From positions 25,242-89,241 of the forward strand of contig CAZEAP010000014.1 of NCBI GenBank assembly GCA_964510315.1: a stretch of DNA of 64,000 nt, in the 5' to 3' direction. Under the pieces are notes generated by a model that was not told the origin of the DNA, did not search any database, and was given only the letters and a program-made list of their open reading frames with translations. This document shows, piece by piece, positions 58,375 through 64,000 of the stretch. The position numbers and the translations under genes are program-made. How positions within the stretch are numbered: the stretch's first letter is position 1; each line of letters opens with the position of its first letter. The DNA comes from an uncultured candidatus Brocadiaceae bacterium. Lineage in GTDB: Bacteria > Planctomycetota > Brocadiia > SM23-32.

Positions 58375-59769
58375 ATGCGACTGTACCTGATCAATCCCTC
58401 CAACCCGAGCGTCAGCAGCGTCAACCTCGAAGACAGCCGCTGGAACCGTTACCGCGTTTGGAAACCACTCGGCCTCATGGTTCTGGCGGGCCTGACCCCA
58501 CGTGAGTGGGACGTGTCGATCGTGGACGAGAACGTCGGCGTGCCTGGCTACCCGTCCATGCCTCGGCCTGACTTGGTGGGCATCACGGCCTTCACGGCGC
58601 AGGCAAACCGCGCCTATGAGATAGCCGCCCACTACCGGCGCCTGGGCGTCCCCGTCGTCATGGGCGGCATTCACGCGACCATGTGTGTGGATGAGGCCGT
58701 GGAGCGCGCGGACTCGGTCGTTACGGGAGAAGCCGAAGGCATATGGGCGCAGGTCCTCCAGGACGCCCAGCATGGCAGATTGAAGCGGCGGTACGACGGA
58801 GGGCTGGCTGACATGAAGGCCTTCTGCCCGCCCCGTCATGATTTGCTGCCTGCGGGGTATGCCTTCGGAGCCATCCAGACGACGCGGGGCTGTCCATTGA
58901 ACTGCAGTTTTTGCAGCGTGACGGCGTTCAACGGGGCTCAGTACCGCCAGCGACCCATTCCGGGTGTCGTCCGGGAATTCAAGTTGATTCGTGAAAAACG
59001 CGTTCTGATCGTGGACGATAACCTGATTGGCACGCGTCCGGAGCACGTCGCCCGTGCCAAGGACCTGTTCCGCGCCATGGCCCGTGCAGACCTACGAAAA
59101 GAGTGGGTTGCCCAGGCGACCATCAACTTCGCCGATGATGAAGAGCTTCTGGCGTTGGCCACCAGGGCCGGGTGCAAGGGCGTGTTCATTGGCTTTGAGT
59201 CGCCCACGCCTGAAGGGCTTGGGGAGATCGGCAAACGTTTCAACCTCCTGAATAACCGGGACTTCCGCGCTTCCGTGCGGCGCATACAACGGCACGGGAT
59301 ACTGGTTGTGGGTTCCTTCATCATCGGTTTGGACGCGGACGAAGCGGGCATCGGCAAACGTGTGGCTGAGGCAGCCAGCCGCTACGGCCTGGACAGCATA
59401 AACGTGGGGTTTTTGACCCCGCTGCCCGGCACGCGCCTATGGGACCGAATGAGCGCCGAGGGACGTGTCGCATTCCATGATTACCCTGGTGATTGGGATT
59501 ACTACACTCTGAACTTGCCAGTGGCCCATTACAAACATTTCTCTCAGGACGGTCTCTTTCAGGAGATGATGTCCTGCAACCGGAGCTTTTACTCGATCCG
59601 ACGCGTTCTGGGGCGGGGACTGAGGAACGTGTGGCAGCACCGTGCGCCTTTGTTCAACCTGGTGGCCAATCTCTCGTACAGGCGCAACTTTCGTCTCGAC
59701 TGTAAGGGATACGTAGACTTGAGGCGCGAACAGGGCAGCGCCAACCCCCCGCCTGGCTCCAGAGGTTAG
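58375..59769 (+). CDS. B12-binding (class B) radical SAM protein
   Basis: N-terminal cobalamin-binding-like Rossmann segment (LYLINPS...GITAFT), then radical SAM motif GCPLNCSFCSV and an elongated TIM-barrel region. Confidence 0.75.
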   Translation: MRLYLINPSNPSVSSVNLEDSRWNRYRVWKPLGLMVLAGLTPREWDVSIVDENVGVPGYPSMPRPDLVGITAFTAQANRAYEIAAHYRRLGVPVVMGGIHATMCVDEAVERADSVVTGEAEGIWAQVLQDAQHGRLKRRYDGGLADMKAFCPPRHDLLPAGYAFGAIQTTRGCPLNCSFCSVTAFNGAQYRQRPIPGVVREFKLIREKRVLIVDDNLIGTRPEHVARAKDLFRAMARADLRKEWVAQATINFADDEELLALATRAGCKGVFIGFESPTPEGLGEIGKRFNLLNNRDFRASVRRIQRHGILVVGSFIIGLDADEAGIGKRVAEAASRYGLDSINVGFLTPLPGTRLWDRMSAEGRVAFHDYPGDWDYYTLNLPVAHYKHFSQDGLFQEMMSCNRSFYSIRRVLGRGLRNVWQHRAPLFNLVANLSYRRNFRLDCKGYVDLRREQGSANPPPGSRG

Positions 59770-60101
59770 CCCTTCCGTCCTGCCTTCTGCACCCCAGTCC
59801 GACGTTTCGAACTTCCCCCGTGCAAGTAAGGACAGGCGGCGACTTGGCCCTCGAAAGACGCCTCGCAGAATCGGCCTGAAGGCGGATTACAGGGGGCAAA
59901 TACACTGCATCTGCGAATGACGCCCCCGATCTAATCGACGTTCGCGACAGTGCGGCTGCGGCCAAGAGAAGGAAAGGTTGTGGATCGCGCAAGGCAACGC
60001 AACGAGGATCTTCCAACTGGCCAAGTCTGCCAAGCCGCACTAGCGAGCGCTCAACGCGTTGCAGTTACCCCGACGTCCGCACACAACGGGTTCGCAACCG
60101 G

Positions 60102-61607
60102 CTATTTTTCAGAGGCGGATTGTTTATTGAGCATGTCTTTCAGGATGGTCCCCATCAGGGCGTCGGTCGTTCCGCCACCGGGTCCACCCACCATTACGTC
60201 GGGTGTTATCCTTATTCCCTCTGTGGCAACAAGTTTCATAATTTCCAGCAGTGCGGCATTGTCCGCGCCGATTACTTCGGAGACCATCTTGTAAGCCTGC
60301 GCCTTTGCCTCGGCAACGAGCTTGACCTGTTCGGCTTCCGCCTGAGCGTCGATGATTCTTTTTTGCTTTTCCTGCTCGGCGACCTTAACGCCGTAAGCGG
60401 CGGTAGCGAGGCGTTTTTCTTCCTCGGCCTCCTGTCGTGTGCTTTCGAGGGCCTTTTGTTTTTCGGCGGCCCGTTGCTGTTCTTCAAAGGTAGCCTGCTC
60501 CTGCAGGGCTATTTCGCGGTCGGTCTGAGTCTTTAGGAGTGCTCCGAGGGTTTCTTTGTCACCGACATCCCCTATTCGAACAGCGAGCACCGTAACACCG
60601 TATTCACTCAGTTCTTTCTCAAGCATCGTGGCGCTCTGTTGTTCCTGGACCGAACGGTTCTGAACGTAATCGAGGGCCTTAACCTGCTCCGCGTTATTCC
60701 TGAATATGGCCCGGACGGTGGGCGTGACGAGTTTGCTGAGGATGAAATCGTTGCCGCCTATGGTGGCCACCACGCCGGGAGCATTTTCGCGGTCAATGCG
60801 ATAGCTCACACGAACATCGACAGGGAAGGTAAAACCATCTTTGCTTCGTACCGAGATAGGCTGACGTTCCTGTGTCTCCTCTTCTCCTCTTTCCAGCTCC
60901 GTTGTATAACTGACTTTTACCTGACGGATGCTGACCTTGGTTATTTCATAGGCGTTGGTGTTCAGGTAATACTTACCTTCGGACAGGGGTGTATTCCAGA
61001 CACCTCTCTGGCCTTTTTCGACGAGGCGGTCATCAGATTCCACCGTTTCGCCCACGTTGCTCTTTACCACTGCAACCGTTCCTATTTCAACGTTTGTTAC
61101 AGGGACCTGGGTAACTGAAAACAACTTTGTATTGAGGCGGTATTTTCCCGGCTTCAGAACAGTAAGCTGCGGGCCTTTATAGCCCCCTCCTTCGTCGAGG
61201 AAGTACTTGGCATCAATCATCTTGTCCGGTGTTTCCCATTCGGGCGCGTATATGGTATCAGCCGGTAGGCTCCGACCGTCGGCCGCGGTCAACAGCCCGA
61301 CATGATCCTGCTTTATCTCGGTGACGAGGACTTTACTTACATCATATTGCCACGGCCAATAGAAGAAATGCCAGCCGGGTGTCAATACCTGGGCCTGGAT
61401 GCCGTTCTCGCCCTTGACAGCGAGGATACGGTCCTGTGGCAGCGGGCCTCCGCCAAGCTTCTTTTCCACGAGGCCCAGCTGGTCGCCGTCGATTTTCACC
61501 ACTGAAAGGGCAAAGACAATGGCAAGGACGATCAGCACTGCCACGATTGCAATAGCAACGGGACCGAGCTTGCCCATACGCGCAGGGAGACCTCTGTAAT
61601 TATCCAT
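60102..61607 (-). CDS. flotillin-like SPFH/band-7 domain protein
   Basis: N-terminal TM, SPFH domain, long C-terminal Ala/Glu/Gln-rich coiled coil (EAEEEKRLATAAYGVKVAEQEKQKRIIDAQAEAEQVKLVAEAKAQAY). Markedly lower GC than the surrounding DNA. Confidence 0.8.
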   Translation of the reverse strand: MDNYRGLPARMGKLGPVAIAIVAVLIVLAIVFALSVVKIDGDQLGLVEKKLGGGPLPQDRILAVKGENGIQAQVLTPGWHFFYWPWQYDVSKVLVTEIKQDHVGLLTAADGRSLPADTIYAPEWETPDKMIDAKYFLDEGGGYKGPQLTVLKPGKYRLNTKLFSVTQVPVTNVEIGTVAVVKSNVGETVESDDRLVEKGQRGVWNTPLSEGKYYLNTNAYEITKVSIRQVKVSYTTELERGEEETQERQPISVRSKDGFTFPVDVRVSYRIDRENAPGVVATIGGNDFILSKLVTPTVRAIFRNNAEQVKALDYVQNRSVQEQQSATMLEKELSEYGVTVLAVRIGDVGDKETLGALLKTQTDREIALQEQATFEEQQRAAEKQKALESTRQEAEEEKRLATAAYGVKVAEQEKQKRIIDAQAEAEQVKLVAEAKAQAYKMVSEVIGADNAALLEIMKLVATEGIRITPDVMVGGPGGGTTDALMGTILKDMLNKQSASEK

Positions 61608-62228
61608 TAATTCATCCTCTCAAAGGAGTCAAAACATTACCTCTGCCATCTGCTGCAGTATTGGGTTGCCGCCACTAATGCTGCCGCTCTCGCCTGACGC
61701 CTGGAAGCGATGGGGGAGACGGACAACGTCACGGACAGACACGTCGTCGTTCTGGTGAACAAGGGCGGCTTCGACCCTTCCCGCAGGCCAGGAGGTCTCC
61801 CCTGATGCACCAGCCCAAAGGATAGCCAGTCGCGGGGTGCCTGTCAACCGGTTCGGAGAGAAAAGCGGACGCCAGTCCGACGTTTCGAACTCCGGCGGGG
61901 TATGTAAACAGCAGAGAGAGTACACCGTCCTGCCCGACGCCGCACCGGCGGCAAGGCCGAGGTCGTCGTGGGCTTGAGCTCGACTGGACTGCGCAGCGCG
62001 ACATGTGGGGCGAGATAAGGGCGTCGACTAAGCTCACCTGAACCCGCCGGACACGGCCAGAACAATAACACGAATTCGCGAACCCGTGTACCCGAAACGC
62101 GGGTCGGGGGCGAATCGTCTCAGAGCGGCGAAAACGGCACCCAGCGGCTCAATTGGCGGAGAGGCCTACCGGGCGGAAGGCAAAGCGGACTGATAGGAGC
62201 CCAGCGTAAGGGCGTTCATAGCCAGGTC

Positions 62229-62915
62229 TCATGTTGCTCGCGAGGGGACGTTGAGCACAAGAATAAAATCTTCGCTGAAGTGGTGCCGAAGGAGCCGAGG
62301 TACGAACCTGAGGTCCAATCCGCGCTTCTCCTGCACCCAGATGAGCTGCGAGGGCACCAGACCGCATCGGCGCGCCATCTCCATAAGGGTCACGGGATCA
62401 TACCAGCAGGTGTGCTCAGGATGGACGCAACTATGACCGTACTTCAGTATCTTCCATGTCCACATAGTGCAGAAGGGATTGGGGGTGCTCAGGGCCAGTA
62501 TGCCATTGCGCTCGAGGTGCCGGGCCATATTTCTGAGGAACGCATCGGGAGAAGAAAGATGCTCTATCACCTCTCCAGCCACGATGGCTTCGAAGCGTTC
62601 TCCCAGGTCGCATGTGCAAGCGTCGGCCGCGACCGCCCTATAGCCCATACGCTGGAGTTCGGCGACACCGTCGGCGTCGAGGTCTATACCCAAGCAATCG
62701 GCGCTCGCCCTGGCAATGCGGACGTGACGATCGAGAGTATCCTTGGTTGCCGAAGACTGTGGCCTGACTCCCGTGCACCCCACATTGAGCACACCCTTTT
62801 CCGCCGCCAAGGAAGCAAGGGCGTCGATGCGGTCACAAACGATTTCAGCAGCCTGCAAGACAGCATAGCGCTGACTATCGAGGTTCTTGGAACTGAACAT
62901 AATTTTGCTCCCCAA
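62229..62915 (-). CDS. class I SAM-dependent methyltransferase (Methyltransf_11/12-like)
   Basis: VLNVGCTG motif I, acidic motif II, EVIEHL motif. Confidence 0.65.
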   Translation of the reverse strand: MGSKIMFSSKNLDSQRYAVLQAAEIVCDRIDALASLAAEKGVLNVGCTGVRPQSSATKDTLDRHVRIARASADCLGIDLDADGVAELQRMGYRAVAADACTCDLGERFEAIVAGEVIEHLSSPDAFLRNMARHLERNGILALSTPNPFCTMWTWKILKYGHSCVHPEHTCWYDPVTLMEMARRCGLVPSQLIWVQEKRGLDLRFVPRLLRHHFSEDFILVLNVPSRAT

Positions 62916-63070
62916 TTCAACGCATTAGCAGTGCTGGCAGGTTGCGTCGAGATGATAGCTCTATACAGTTCCTCGCCAATTGAGCAGTGGAGTGTAAGGT
63001 TTTGCATAGAGGAAAGCAACGGACACATACGGCGACTCCGAGAGAAAGCCCGACCGAAGAGGGCGAGGCC

Positions 63071-63385
63071 GCCGGACACAAGTTCTTCGGCCCGAACAAC
63101 GCCGAGGACCTGTGGCACGTGAGGAAGATCGCGCCGCCCAAGATGGTCCACCTGACCGAGAAGCCGGTCGAGCTGGCCGTGCGCGCCATCCAGTACTCGA
63201 GCCGCCTCGGCGAGAACGTGCTGGACCTGTTCGGCGGGTCAGGCTCCACCCTTATCGCCTGCGAGCAGACGGGCCGGCGGGCGTTCCTGATGGAAGTGGA
63301 CGAGCTCTACTGCGACGTCATCGTTCAGAGGTGGGAGAACTTCACGGCCCTTAGGCCCAGACGCATCGACGGAGACCAGGCATGA
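63071..63385 (+). pseudogene. C-terminal fragment of a beta-class DNA methyltransferase (N-terminal catalytic part missing)
   Basis: ...HLTEKPVEL... followed by motif I LDLFGGSGSTLIACE. The homologous region of the intact MTase at 13695 is ...LDPFMGTGTTAAV. No SPPY motif IV precedes it; the upstream ORF sequence is non-homologous. Confidence 0.45.
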
Positions 63386-63528
63386 AAGGCGGACGAAATG
63401 CCGGAAAAGTCCGCGAGCACCGGGCCGACTTGATCATTGCCAGATGATCAAGCTCCGCTACAATCGAGGCCGATGGGAAGCAGGTACGGGAAGATCAAGA
63501 CATCTTCAGTGCCAGGAAGGAGGTTAAG

Positions 63529-63993
63529 GTGGCACCGTCGAGATCGGACAGCACATTGGAGGCGTTAGTTCGTCATACCATGGGGCAGTTTCCCAGCGTC
63601 TACCTGACGCTGGTAGGTGTCATTCAAAGCGTCGTGTTTGGCTACCTTCTTTATCAATTGTTCGAACCGCGGCTTCCAGAAACAGTAATAACCTGGCTGC
63701 GCTGCGCGGTCGCCTTCTTGGTCGTTGTGGCCACGTGGCATGAGTACCAGGCGGGGCTAACATTGTTCCGTTGGTTGCCAACCATTGCGGATTCCTTTCT
63801 GCCGTTTTTGATCGGATTCTGCGAGGCATCGATAATCTGGACGGTTGACAGCAAAGGGCCTTGGTGGTGCGTCTCCATGGGAGGGTTCTGCGCTGTAGCT
63901 TGGGCAGCATATGCGAATATGCGACGTCAAGTCGCCTCGTACGGGTGGGGCATTTGCGCTGTGGGGGTGCTCAGGCGCGGGACGCGCGGATGA
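63529..63993 (+). CDS. hypothetical membrane protein
   Basis: 154-aa ORF with four predicted TM helices, after a GGAGG RBS. Confidence 0.45.
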   Translation: MAPSRSDSTLEALVRHTMGQFPSVYLTLVGVIQSVVFGYLLYQLFEPRLPETVITWLRCAVAFLVVVATWHEYQAGLTLFRWLPTIADSFLPFLIGFCEASIIWTVDSKGPWWCVSMGGFCAVAWAAYANMRRQVASYGWGICAVGVLRRGTRG

Positions 63994-64000
63994 TGCCACA

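Noticed and set aside
61629-61925. 98-aa minus-strand ORF immediately upstream of the flotillin gene as a possible NfeD partner
   Set aside because: No TM/OB-fold pattern. GC and codon usage unlike the adjacent flotillin gene. Likely a spurious ORF.

Overview
This is a high-GC (roughly 65-70%) bacterial chromosomal window. Alternative-frame ORFs are inflated throughout by the GC content, so gene calls rest on recognisable protein families. The centrepiece is a complete Type I-E CRISPR-Cas locus at 29.5-45.0 kb. It runs cas3, cse1, cse2, cas7e, cas5e, cas6e, cas1 and cas2, then a 147-bp leader, then a uniform array of 100 repeats (29 bp) and 99 spacers (32 nt). The array is followed by a 257-bp non-array insert that carries a strongly ribosome-bound small basic ORF and a two-repeat mini-array. 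An internal spacer of the main array matches the 3' end of that small ORF with mismatches that are silent or conservative, or fall at Cascade non-pairing positions (see findings). Upstream of cas3 there is a 2-kb non-coding region with a nested tandem satellite of hairpin-forming elements (99-bp subunits in 297-bp units), flanked by CAGTAGN microsatellites. Other notable items: a GxxExxY nuclease-fold gene bracketed by 31-bp near-perfect inverted repeats (putative miniature mobile cassette) beside an orphan DNA methyltransferase; a GGDEF diguanylate cyclase fused to a ComF-like phosphoribosyltransferase domain; a membrane-anchored probable pseudokinase; and an IS3-family orfA remnant. Downstream of a tRNA-Asn lies a lower-GC stretch (flotillin, B12-radical SAM, methyltransferases, a truncated DNA MTase) that looks horizontally acquired. 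Housekeeping content includes two MsbA-like ABC exporters, a sulfatase neighbourhood, TldD/TldE, lpxB, zupT, ffh-rpsP-trmD-rplS, cspA, a class II photolyase and a MoxR-DUF58-BatA-like operon.
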